A stretch of DNA of 40,814 nt, taken from contig QHVV01000080.1 of the NCBI GenBank assembly GCA_003222385.1, forward strand, positions 20,129-60,942, read 5' to 3'. This DNA comes from Acidobacteriota bacterium. GTDB lineage: Bacteria > Acidobacteriota > Thermoanaerobaculia > UBA5066 > Gp7-AA6. The notes under the pieces were generated by a model. That model ran no database searches. It saw only the letters and a program-made list of their open reading frames with translations, and was not told where the DNA came from. Positions 9,260 to 17,884 of this stretch are shown here, piece after piece. How positions within the stretch are numbered: position 1 is the stretch's first letter; each line of letters begins with the position of its first letter. A program made the position numbers and the translations under genes.

Positions 9260-9601
9260 TTGCTGACCTGGACGGAAAGAATCCTCTCCTTTCCGGTCCG
9301 GACGGCGGCGGTCAGTGAATTCCTCCGCGAGCTCTCCGCGAAAGGCTGGGGCGACCTGAACGGAGTCTTGACGACTCTGAACGACAGGGAGCTCTGCCGC
9401 GAGGCGGTCGGCCACTGGATGGAACGGGGATGGATCGTCCCGGCGCCGAGCTCCGCGATCTCCGCGCTCACCGGTCCGAACTTCTCGCGCGAGCTGACGG
9501 TGCGCGAGTTCTGCGGCGAGGAGCCGGAGGCCGAAGAGATCGCGGAGGAGACGGAGGGGCCGGACCGCGCCGCCGCGCCTCCCGAAAAGGAAGAGCCATG
9601 A
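9260..9601 (+). CDS. hypothetical protein with acidic C-terminal tail
   Basis: Fills the gap between thiolase and hbd exactly, and its stop overlaps the hbd ATG. No family recognised; TTG start uncertain. Confidence 0.55.
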   Translation: MLTWTERILSFPVRTAAVSEFLRELSAKGWGDLNGVLTTLNDRELCREAVGHWMERGWIVPAPSSAISALTGPNFSRELTVREFCGEEPEAEEIAEETEGPDRAAAPPEKEEP

Positions 9602-10452
9602 AGGTGAAGCGAGTCGGGGTACTCGGCGCGGGGCTGATGGGCTCCGGGATCGCGGAAGTATGCGCCCGGAACGGTTACGAGACGGTCGTCCGGGAGGTCT
9701 CCGACGCGCTCGCCGCCAAAGGCGTCGGGCGGATCGAGTCCTCGCTCGCGAAAGCCGTCGATCGCGGCAAGCTGGTGGCCACCGACCGGGACGCCGCCCG
9801 CGCCCGACTCTCGGCGACCACGAAGGTCGACGACCTGGCCGCGTGCGACCTCGTCGTCGAAGCCGTCGTGGAGAATCTGGAGACGAAAAAGGAGCTCTTC
9901 GCCGAGCTCGACCGAATTTGCGGCGATTCCGCGATCTTCTGCTCCAACACGTCGTCCTTGACGATCACCGAGCTGTCGGCGGCGACCCGGCGCCCCGACC
10001 GATTCGCCGGACTTCACTTCTTCAACCCCGTCCCGGTCATGAAGCTCGTGGAGGTCGTCCGCACGATCGCGACCTCCGACGAGACGATCGCGACGCTCGT
10101 CGATTTCGCGAAGTCGCTCGGAAAGGAGCCGGTGCTCGCGAAGGACAACTCCGGCTTCATCGTGAACCGTCTCCTCGTCCCGTACCTTCTCGACGCCGTG
10201 CGGGCGCTCGAAGAGGGAGTCGGCACCCGGGAGGACATCGACAAAGGAATGGAGCTCGGCTGCGGCCATCCGATGGGGCCGTTGAAGCTCCTCGACTTCG
10301 TCGGGCTCGACACGACCTATGCGATCGCGGAGATCATGTTCACGGAGTACCGCGAGAAACGGTTCGCGCCCCCGCCGTTGCTCAAGCGCATGGTGCTGGC
10401 CGGCCGATACGGGCGCAAGTCCGGCCGCGGCTTCTACGAGTACGGGTCGTGA
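9598..10452 (+). CDS. hbd: 3-hydroxybutyryl-CoA/3-hydroxyacyl-CoA dehydrogenase
   Basis: GAGLMGSGIA Rossmann motif, SNTSS, GLHFFNP, GFIVNRLL, HPMGPL and GRKSGRGFY. Confidence 0.93.
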   Translation: MKVKRVGVLGAGLMGSGIAEVCARNGYETVVREVSDALAAKGVGRIESSLAKAVDRGKLVATDRDAARARLSATTKVDDLAACDLVVEAVVENLETKKELFAELDRICGDSAIFCSNTSSLTITELSAATRRPDRFAGLHFFNPVPVMKLVEVVRTIATSDETIATLVDFAKSLGKEPVLAKDNSGFIVNRLLVPYLLDAVRALEEGVGTREDIDKGMELGCGHPMGPLKLLDFVGLDTTYAIAEIMFTEYREKRFAPPPLLKRMVLAGRYGRKSGRGFYEYGS

Positions 10453-11237
10453 GCGGCGGATTCGTCCGGGTCGAAAGTCCCGAGGAGGGAATCCGGGTCG
10501 TCACCGTCGATCGCCCCGAGAAGCTGAACGCGCTCAACTCGGAAGTGCTCGGCGAGCTCCGGGCCGCAGTCGAATCGGCCGCGTCGGACGCGGCGTTGCG
10601 GTGCCTGGTCTTCACCGGCGCGGGAGAGAAGGCTTTCATCGCCGGTGCGGACATCGGCGAGCTCGCGAAGCTGACGCCGATCGAGGGCCGCGAGCACTCG
10701 CGCCGCGGCCAGGCGCTCCTCGATGCGATCGAGTCACTCCCGGTTCCGACGATCGCCGCGATCAACGGCTACGCATACGGCGGAGGCCTGGAGCTCGCGA
10801 TGGCCTGCGCGATCCGGATCGCGTCGGAGAACGCGCGGATGGGTCTTCCCGAGACATCGCTCGGGATCGTGCCGGGCTACGGAGGAACGCAGCGTCTCGC
10901 GCGGCACGTCGGGCGGGCGCGCGCCTTCGAGCTCGTGCTGACGTCGGAGAAGGGATTGACCGCCGCCGAGGCCGAGCGCATCGGCCTCGTCAACCGCGTC
11001 GTACCGGCCGGGCAGGCGCTCGCGGCGGCGCTCGAAACGGCGCGGAAGATCCGGGCGAACGGGCCGGCGGCGTGCCGGTTCGCGCTCGAGGCCATCCGGC
11101 GAGGGCTCGACATGCCACTCGCCGAAGGACAGGTCCTCGAGGCCACGCTCTTCGGCCTCTGCGCCGCGACCGAGGACATGAAGGAAGGGATGAACGCTTT
11201 CCTGGAGAAGAGGCCGGCTCGCTTCCGCGGTCGCTGA
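10449..11237 (+). CDS. enoyl-CoA hydratase (crotonase)
   Basis: RPEKLNALN, AFIAGADI, GGGLELAMAC, PETSLGIVPGYGGTQRL and AFLEKR; GTG start overlaps the hbd stop. Confidence 0.93.
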   Translation: MSGGFVRVESPEEGIRVVTVDRPEKLNALNSEVLGELRAAVESAASDAALRCLVFTGAGEKAFIAGADIGELAKLTPIEGREHSRRGQALLDAIESLPVPTIAAINGYAYGGGLELAMACAIRIASENARMGLPETSLGIVPGYGGTQRLARHVGRARAFELVLTSEKGLTAAEAERIGLVNRVVPAGQALAAALETARKIRANGPAACRFALEAIRRGLDMPLAEGQVLEATLFGLCAATEDMKEGMNAFLEKRPARFRGR

Positions 11238-11260
11238 GCCGAAGACCTCGGGTCCGGCGG

Positions 11261-12373
11261 ATGACCGTCCCCTCCACCGGAGTCAGCGGTTTCGGACGCG
11301 CCCTTCTCGCGACCGCGGTTCTCCTCGTTCCCTTTTCCGCGGCCGGCCAGGCGGGGGACGAATCGGCCGAGTGGGGCCGTGCTTTCGGTCAGCGGAGCCT
11401 CTACGTCCTGCACGTGCCGCTGCTCGATTTCGGTCCCGCGGATCCGGAGCTCCCGCAGGCCGGGAGAGTTCAGTGGTCCTTCGAGGCGGGCTATGCAAAC
11501 TCGTTTTCACACAGCTGGCATGCCGTCACCTTTCACGGGTTCCTGGGCCCCTCCGGAACGCCGTTTCGCCGCGACGAGGCGGAGCGAATTCACCGAGACT
11601 TTCCGGATGAGACGGTCTGGTTCGTCGACGCCGACGTCCTGCGCACGGCGCTCGACGCGCGGATCGGCTTGACGGACACGACGTCTTTTTCCGTCGAGAT
11701 CCCTTACATCTCGCACCAGGCGTTTACGGGGGATCGCTTCATCTCCGGTTTCCATCGCGCGTTCGGTCTTTCGCAGGCAGGCCGCGGCGACTTTCCGGAG
11801 GGTGCGTTCGTCGCCATGACCCAGCCGGCCGGCGGCCCGCTCGGATTTTCCGCGCGGGCTCCGGCACCCGGCTTCGGGGACGCCGTCGCCACGTTCGGCT
11901 GGCGGCCACCTCCCGCCGGGTCCGGCGAGAGCTTTGGCGTGGACGTGGCCGTGAAGGCTCCCTCCGGGAGAGCGCGCGATTTCAACGGATCGGGAGGATG
12001 GGACGCGGGCGCGCTCTTCTTCCTCGCGAGGTCGGGAGCGAAGTGGCGTGTCGACGCGGAGGCGAGCGTCGTCGTTCCCGGGGCATGGAAGGTTCCGGTA
12101 GCCATCTCGACCGCGCCGTTCGGTCGCGCTCTCCTCGGAATCACGCGGCGGCTGGGGCAGCGAACCCGGATCGGGGCGTCCCTCACCGTCGGCCAGAGCC
12201 CGTTTCATCGCGCCGGCCTCGATGCGGTCTCACGCGTCGGAGCCGAGGTCGCCCTGGGACTCGAACGCGACTTCTCCCGCTGGACTCCGCGCCTCTTGCT
12301 CACGGAAAACCTGGCTCCCGCCGGAGACCGCGCCGACGTCGGGCTGACCCTCGGCATTCGCCTTCGGCCGTGA
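11261..12373 (+). CDS. putative outer-membrane beta-barrel protein (DUF3187-like)
   Basis: Signal peptide, amphipathic beta strands, FISGFHRAFGL and VKAPSG...GSG motifs. The family assignment is from memory. Confidence 0.6.
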   Translation: MTVPSTGVSGFGRALLATAVLLVPFSAAGQAGDESAEWGRAFGQRSLYVLHVPLLDFGPADPELPQAGRVQWSFEAGYANSFSHSWHAVTFHGFLGPSGTPFRRDEAERIHRDFPDETVWFVDADVLRTALDARIGLTDTTSFSVEIPYISHQAFTGDRFISGFHRAFGLSQAGRGDFPEGAFVAMTQPAGGPLGFSARAPAPGFGDAVATFGWRPPPAGSGESFGVDVAVKAPSGRARDFNGSGGWDAGALFFLARSGAKWRVDAEASVVVPGAWKVPVAISTAPFGRALLGITRRLGQRTRIGASLTVGQSPFHRAGLDAVSRVGAEVALGLERDFSRWTPRLLLTENLAPAGDRADVGLTLGIRLRP

Positions 12374-12392
12374 GACCTCCGTCGCCGACTCC

Positions 12393-12419
12393 GAGATGCC
12401 TCGCTCCGCTCGGGATGAC
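12393..12419 (-). repeat. REP-like short palindromic element (GTCATCCCGAGCGGAGCGAGGCATCTC)
   Basis: The minus strand resembles the widespread GTCATCCYGAGCGNAGCGA-GGATCT intergenic repeat type. Single copy in the window. Confidence 0.5.
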
Positions 12420-12452
12420 CGCCTCGCGGGCACCTGTTAAACTGAGATTCCC

Positions 12453-13703
12453 GTGCATCCGCCCGAGTCCGACCTCATCTACGACTGGAACCGGGCCGGG
12501 GGAGCGGTCTTCCCGGCGCGCGGAAAAGTCGAGCTGGACGACGAGACGCTGCGCGACGGACTCCAGTCCCCGTCGGTCAAGAGTCCTTCGATCGACCAGA
12601 AGCTGCAGCTGCTTCACCTGATGGAAGCCCTCGGAATCGACTCGGTCGACATCGGGCTGCCCGGCGCGGGACCGCACGTCGTCGCCACGGTGACACGGCT
12701 CGCTCGCGAGATCGTCGACAACGGCATGAAGATCCGTCCGAACTGCGCGGCGCGCACGGTCGAGGCCGACATCCTGCCGATCATCGAGATCTCGCAGAAG
12801 GTCGGTCTGCCGATCGAGGTCGCCTGCTTCATCGGCTCCTCGCCGATCCGCCAGTACGCCGAGGACTGGGATCTCGACCGCATGCTGCGGCTCTCGGAGA
12901 ACGCGGTCTCTCTCGCGGTCCGCGAGGGACTTCCGGTCATGTACGTCACGGAAGACACGATCCGCGCGCACCCCGACCACGTCCGCGCGCTCTACACGAC
13001 GGCGCTGCGCGCCGGAGCGAAGCGCATCTGCGTCTGCGACACGGTCGGCCATGCGACCCCGAACGGCGTCCAGAACCTGATCCGTTTCGTTTCCGACCTG
13101 GTCGACGAAGTGAATCGCGAGGCAAAGATCGACTGGCACGGACACCAGGACCGCGGGTTCGGCTTGCAAAACGCACTGTGGGCTCTCGAGGCCGGCGCGC
13201 ACCGGGTCCACGCCTGCGCGATCGGGATCGGCGAGCGGGTCGGCAACACTCCGATGGACCAGCTTCTTGTGAACCTGCAGCTTCTCGGATGGATCGACCG
13301 TGACCTGACGAAGCTCCATGAGTACTGCGAGCTCGCATCGGAGGCGACCGGTGTTCCGATTCCGGACAACTACCCGATCGTGGGTCGCGACGCGTTCCGC
13401 ACCGGCACCGGAGTCCATGCAGCGGCGATCATCAAGGCCCGCAAGAAGGGGGACGACTGGCTCGCCGACCGGGTCTACTCGGGCGTCCCGGCGTCGATGG
13501 TCGGCCGCGCGCAGACGATCGAGGTCGGACCGATGAGCGGCGTCTCCAACGTGCAGTGCTGGCTGGAGGACCACGGCATCGCCGCCCGTCCGGAGCTGGT
13601 CGACGCCGTCTTCCAGCGCGCGAAGGAAAGCGATCGCATTCTGACCGACGACGAGATCTTCGCCCTCGTCCACGGGCTCACTCCCGCGGCGGCCGCGCAC
13701 TGA
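12453..13703 (+). CDS. DRE-TIM metallolyase, 2-isopropylmalate/homocitrate synthase family, lacking the C-terminal regulatory domain
   Basis: DETLRDGLQ, CDTVG, HxH (HGHQDRG), GIGERVGN and GVHA motifs; only 416 aa. Confidence 0.88.
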   Translation: MHPPESDLIYDWNRAGGAVFPARGKVELDDETLRDGLQSPSVKSPSIDQKLQLLHLMEALGIDSVDIGLPGAGPHVVATVTRLAREIVDNGMKIRPNCAARTVEADILPIIEISQKVGLPIEVACFIGSSPIRQYAEDWDLDRMLRLSENAVSLAVREGLPVMYVTEDTIRAHPDHVRALYTTALRAGAKRICVCDTVGHATPNGVQNLIRFVSDLVDEVNREAKIDWHGHQDRGFGLQNALWALEAGAHRVHACAIGIGERVGNTPMDQLLVNLQLLGWIDRDLTKLHEYCELASEATGVPIPDNYPIVGRDAFRTGTGVHAAAIIKARKKGDDWLADRVYSGVPASMVGRAQTIEVGPMSGVSNVQCWLEDHGIAARPELVDAVFQRAKESDRILTDDEIFALVHGLTPAAAAH

Positions 13704-14665
13704 CTCGGCGAGCCCGCACCGCCTCCCGCTCTCCTTCTCCCTCGTCCGATTTCCTCGCGCGATCGCTGCCGACGTATCTCGACCACCTCTCCGTCGAGCG
13801 CGGTCTCTCGCGCGCGAGCGTCGACGCCTACCGGCGCGACCTCGAGGCGTTCGGACGCTGGATCGCGGCCGGCCGGACGCCGGCCTCCGCGGCGCGGCGC
13901 GCGGAGCTCGTCCTGTATCTGCGCCACCTGCGCGGCCGGGGTCTTTCGTCGCGATCCGCCTCCCGGGCGCTCTCCGCCGTCCGGGGGTTCTACCGGTTCG
14001 CGACGGCCCACCTCGGCTTTTCGTCCGATCCGACCGACGATCTCTCGAACCCGCGGATCGGCTTTGCCCTTCCACGAACGCTCACCGAGAAGGAGGTTGC
14101 CGCGCTGCTCGCCGCGCCCGACGTCGAAGAGGCCCTCGGCCTGCGGGACCGCGCGATGCTCGAGCTCCTGTACGCCTCGGGTCTGCGGGTGTCCGAGCTC
14201 GTGGCCCTGCCGCGGGACCGGATCGATCTCGAGACCGGGATCGTTCGCGTTTCGGGAAAAGGGGGACGGGAGCGCCTCGTTCCCTTCGGGGCGTCGGCCG
14301 AAGCCTGGATCCGGCGCTATCTGGCGGAAGTGCGGCCCCGCTTCGACCGGAAGTCGAGACCCGAGGCTTTTCTTTCGGCGCGGGGCGCGGCGATGACCCG
14401 CCAGCGGTTCTGGCAGCTCCTCTCGGGGTACGGCCGGAAGGCCGGCATCCGCCGCAAGCTCGCGCCCCACGCCGTCCGGCACGCCTTCGCCACGCACCTG
14501 CTGGAGCGGGGGGCGGACCTGCGGGCGCTGCAGATGATGCTGGGACACGCGGATATCTCGACCACTCAGATCTATACGAGGGTCTCGGCCGGGCGTCTGC
14601 GGGCGGTCTACGACCGATTCCACCCGCGGGCCCGTTCCGCGGGTCGTGGCAAGATAAAGGCATGA
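13700..14665 (+). CDS. xerD: site-specific tyrosine recombinase XerD
   Basis: YLDHLSVERGLS..YRRDL, RDRAMLELLYASGLRVSEL, GKGGRERLVP, MTRQRFW, HAVRH and LGHADISTTQIY. The start is uncertain (about 13700-13770). Confidence 0.9.
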   Translation: MTRRARTASRSPSPSSDFLARSLPTYLDHLSVERGLSRASVDAYRRDLEAFGRWIAAGRTPASAARRAELVLYLRHLRGRGLSSRSASRALSAVRGFYRFATAHLGFSSDPTDDLSNPRIGFALPRTLTEKEVAALLAAPDVEEALGLRDRAMLELLYASGLRVSELVALPRDRIDLETGIVRVSGKGGRERLVPFGASAEAWIRRYLAEVRPRFDRKSRPEAFLSARGAAMTRQRFWQLLSGYGRKAGIRRKLAPHAVRHAFATHLLERGADLRALQMMLGHADISTTQIYTRVSAGRLRAVYDRFHPRARSAGRGKIKA

Positions 14666-15423
14666 AGAGCGGGGAATTCGGTCCTTCGAAGGGCGGTTGG
14701 ACCGTTCGAATGCCCCGAATGTCCCATCTCGCGACGGCGGCTGCCTTAGCCGTCCTGTCCGGCGCCCTGCCCGCTCGTGCCGAGCTCGTGGTGTTCACGA
14801 ACGGCCGGACCGTCAAGGCGGCCGGATACCAGGTCGTCGGAGACGAGCTCGAGGTTCGACTCCGCGGCGGCGGCAGTTACCAGGTCGCCATGACGCTGGT
14901 CGACCGGATCGTGGAAGACGAAGTCGAGGTCTCCGACGTCGAGGTCAAAGAGGTCGGCTTCCCCGAGACGGTCGCCTACGACCTCTCATACAAGGAGGAG
15001 CGCAAGCCGCTCTTTGCGACCGCATACGACGCGATCATCCAGGCCGAGGCGAAGAAGCACGACGTCGACGCGTCGCTGGTCTCCGCGGTCATCCGCGCCG
15101 AATCGAACTATGAACCGAAAGCGGTCTCCCGCAAGGGCGCCCGCGGACTCATGCAGCTGATGCCGGCCACCGCCCAGCGGCTGGAGGTGCGGCGCCCCTT
15201 CGATCCGGCCTCGAACGTGGCCGGCGGGGTCCGGTACTTGAAAGAGCTCCTCGAGCGTTTCCACCACCGTCCCGAGCTCGTTCTCGCCGCATACAACGCG
15301 GGAGAGAACGCGGTCACGACCTACCACGGCGTTCCGCCGTATCGCGAGACCATCGGATACGTGAAGCGGATCCTCTCCTGGTGGACGCCGTCGATCGCGG
15401 CGGCCGTCGGACCCACGAAGTAG
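14662..15423 (+). CDS. lytic transglycosylase (SLT domain), secreted
   Basis: IRAES, AVSRKGARGLMQLMP, AAYNAG and PPYRET motifs; signal peptide. The true start may be 14710. Confidence 0.92.
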   Translation: MKSGEFGPSKGGWTVRMPRMSHLATAAALAVLSGALPARAELVVFTNGRTVKAAGYQVVGDELEVRLRGGGSYQVAMTLVDRIVEDEVEVSDVEVKEVGFPETVAYDLSYKEERKPLFATAYDAIIQAEAKKHDVDASLVSAVIRAESNYEPKAVSRKGARGLMQLMPATAQRLEVRRPFDPASNVAGGVRYLKELLERFHHRPELVLAAYNAGENAVTTYHGVPPYRETIGYVKRILSWWTPSIAAAVGPTK

Positions 15424-15516
15424 GGGTCAGGTCTCCACTCGCCACTTTGCGTTGCAAAGATGGCAAGGGCTCTTCGACACGGTCAACCTGCCAGCGGCTC
15501 GTGAAGACCTGACCCC
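15423..15516. repeat. REPIN/MITE-like inverted-repeat element, copy 2
   Basis: GGGGTCAGGTCTCCAC ... GTGAAGACCTGACCCC (15/16 inverted match) with internal GCCACTTTGC-GTT-GCAAAGATGGC. It fills the whole gap between two convergent stops. Confidence 0.88.
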
Positions 15517-15517
15517 G

Positions 15518-16303
15518 TCATTCCATCGCCAGCCGGCCCAGGTACCCCTTCTCCCGCACCCGTCGCATCATCCAGCCGAAGAAGGCGCCGGCCGCCGCCA
15601 GGTATAGGGCGTTCAGCGCGAGCGCCGGGACGAGCGGTCCGAGCGCGGGGCGGCCGGTCTCGAGCGTCGCGCGCATCCCCTCGAACACGTGGGTCGAAGG
15701 AAGCACACGCGCGATCGCCTGGAGCCAGCGCGGCAGCACCGCGAGCGGGTAGAAAACGGCGGAGATCGGCTGCAGGAGGAAGGGGGTGCCCCAGATGATC
15801 GCCTCGGCGGCGTGTCCGAATCGCAGGATGATCGCCATCGTGCACATTCCCACGGCCCAACCGAACAGCAGAATGCTCGCGAAGTAGGGGAGCAGAGCCG
15901 GACCCAGGCGGAGCAGGTCGAACGCATAAAGGAACCAGGCGAGGAGCCCCAGCACCGTCGTCGAAAGGAGCGCTCGGATCACTCCGAGCAGGCACGTTGC
16001 GAACACGACTTCGCTGATCCGCACCGGAGCGATGAAGACATTCAACAGGTTGCGGACCCAGATTTCTTCGGTCAGCGAGAGCGTGATCGCCTGCTGCGAG
16101 CGGTAGAAAACGTCCCAGAAGATGAGTCCCCCGAGCAGGAAGAGGACGGCCTTCGGAGCGCCGACCTGCCGGAAGTAGACGCTGACGAACCCCCAGACCA
16201 GCAGGTCCATGACCGGCCAGAAGAAGATCTCCATCGAGCGGGCGAGGCTGCGCCGGTACAGGTACAGGTAGCGCAGAAGCAGAGCGGCAACGCGGCCCCA
16301 CAC
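15518..16303 (-). CDS. ABC-2 type transporter permease
   Basis: About 6 TM helices, EEIWVRNLLNVFIAP and FYPLAVLPRWLQ; directly follows the ATPase gene. Confidence 0.88.
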   Translation of the reverse strand: MWGRVAALLLRYLYLYRRSLARSMEIFFWPVMDLLVWGFVSVYFRQVGAPKAVLFLLGGLIFWDVFYRSQQAITLSLTEEIWVRNLLNVFIAPVRISEVVFATCLLGVIRALLSTTVLGLLAWFLYAFDLLRLGPALLPYFASILLFGWAVGMCTMAIILRFGHAAEAIIWGTPFLLQPISAVFYPLAVLPRWLQAIARVLPSTHVFEGMRATLETGRPALGPLVPALALNALYLAAAGAFFGWMMRRVREKGYLGRLAME

Positions 16304-16305
16304 CG

Positions 16306-17049
16306 TCAGTTCTCCAGCCGCCCGCCGCGAGCGATCGTGATGAAGACTCTTTCGAGCGACTCCGAGTCGGCGCGCTCCAGGATTTCCCGCGGAGTGCCTT
16401 GCGCGACGAGCTTCCCATGCGAAAGAAAGATGACGCGATCGCAGACGAGCTCGATCTCCCGCATGTTGTGCGACGTGTAGACCATCGTCACGCCGCGCTC
16501 CCGCTGGACGCTTTTCAGAGCCGCGCGGACCTTTTCCGCGATGTCCGGATCCAGGCTCGCCGTGGGCTCGTCTAAGAAGAGGATCTCCGGGTCGTTCAGG
16601 AACGCTTTGCAGAGGTTGACCCGCGTGACCTGTCCCGACGACAGCTTTCCCGTGACCGAGTCGACCACCTCGGGAATCTCGAACAGCTCGAGGAGCTCCG
16701 CGATCCGGTGCCGCCGGTTCCGCACCCCGTAGAGCCGTCCGAAGACGTCGAGGTTCTCCCGGACGGACAGGTTGAACGGGAGCGAAATGTACGCCGAGGA
16801 GAAGTTCACGCGCTGCAGGATCTGCCGGCGGTGCTCGCGAAGGGGCAGCCCGAACAGCCGGATCGCGCCGGTCGTCGGGGTCGTCAGACCCAGCAGGAGC
16901 TGGATAGTCGTCGTCTTGCCGGCGCCGTTGGGCCCGAGCAGACCCAGGATCTCTCCGCGCCGCGCGGAGAAAGAGAGGTCGTCGACTGCGGTTACCTCGC
17001 CGAACCGCTTGGTCAGGCGCTCGACCTCGATGACGCGCTCCGGGGTCAA
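16306..17049 (-). CDS. ABC transporter ATP-binding protein
   Basis: Walker A GPNGAGKT, signature LSSGQ, Walker B LFLDEPT and H-loop TSH. Confidence 0.95.
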   Translation of the reverse strand: MTPERVIEVERLTKRFGEVTAVDDLSFSARRGEILGLLGPNGAGKTTTIQLLLGLTTPTTGAIRLFGLPLREHRRQILQRVNFSSAYISLPFNLSVRENLDVFGRLYGVRNRRHRIAELLELFEIPEVVDSVTGKLSSGQVTRVNLCKAFLNDPEILFLDEPTASLDPDIAEKVRAALKSVQRERGVTMVYTSHNMREIELVCDRVIFLSHGKLVAQGTPREILERADSESLERVFITIARGGRLEN

Positions 17050-17055
17050 GGGTTT

Positions 17056-17880
17056 TTACGGAACGAGCGCGATCGCGCGCAGAGGACCGCCCGAGCCACC
17101 CGCGATCTTCATCGGCAGCGCCACGACCCACGCGCCCGCCTCGGGAACGCTCTCGAGCCCGGTCAGGTTCTCCAGACCCGGAACGTTCGAAGCGGCGACG
17201 AGACGATGCACGGGGAAGTCGCTCGAGGGGCCGTGGTCGATCGAGGCCGTGTCGAGGCCGATCGCGCCGATGCGCCGTTCCCGGATGAGAAAGCCTACCG
17301 CCTCCGGGCCGAACGACGGGAAGTGCAGGTTCGAGGCGTCGCCCGGGGTGTCGTCTCCCAGGTATCGCTTCCGGTCGGGCCAGCGCTTGCTCCAGCCGGT
17401 GCGCAGGAGAACGATCGCGCCGCCCGGGATGGTGCCGTGTCTCTTCTCCCACCCGCGCACGTCGGCGAGCGAGAGCCGGTAGTCCGGGTCCCGCGCCGTG
17501 GCTTGGGTGACGTCGATCAGGGCGGCTGGCGCGACGAGCTGGCGCACCGGGACCTGGTCGACGGTCATCTGGCCGCGCCCGAAGTGAATCGGGGCATCCA
17601 TGTGGGTCCCGCCGTGCTCCGGCGCGCAGAACGAGTTTGCCGAGTAGAACCAGCCACCCGGCGTCATTCCCGAGGCCAGGGTCGTGAGCTGGAAGCGGGT
17701 CGGAGAGGTCGGCCAGTAAATCGTGGTCTCGTCGAAAGGATGCGTCAGATCGACCACGCGAGCGCTGCGGAGGTCGGGCGCTCCGACCGGCTTCGATGCG
17801 GCGCGGCGACTCGTCGCCGCGGCCCAACCGACGGCCAGGACCGCGGCGAAAAGAACGGCAACCCGTTTGCCGACGTTCAT
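17056..17880 (-). CDS. cyclase family metal-dependent hydrolase (kynurenine formamidase-like) with signal peptide
   Basis: VDLTH, EHGGTHMDAP, LLRTGW, GLDTASID, LENL and GSGGPLRAIA motifs. Confidence 0.9.
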   Translation of the reverse strand: MNVGKRVAVLFAAVLAVGWAAATSRRAASKPVGAPDLRSARVVDLTHPFDETTIYWPTSPTRFQLTTLASGMTPGGWFYSANSFCAPEHGGTHMDAPIHFGRGQMTVDQVPVRQLVAPAALIDVTQATARDPDYRLSLADVRGWEKRHGTIPGGAIVLLRTGWSKRWPDRKRYLGDDTPGDASNLHFPSFGPEAVGFLIRERRIGAIGLDTASIDHGPSSDFPVHRLVAASNVPGLENLTGLESVPEAGAWVVALPMKIAGGSGGPLRAIALVP

Positions 17881-17884
17881 GACT

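Noticed and set aside
13700-14665. Tyrosine recombinase as a prophage or island integrase
   Set aside because: It has XerD-specific motifs, housekeeping neighbours, and no att/tRNA site or phage genes.
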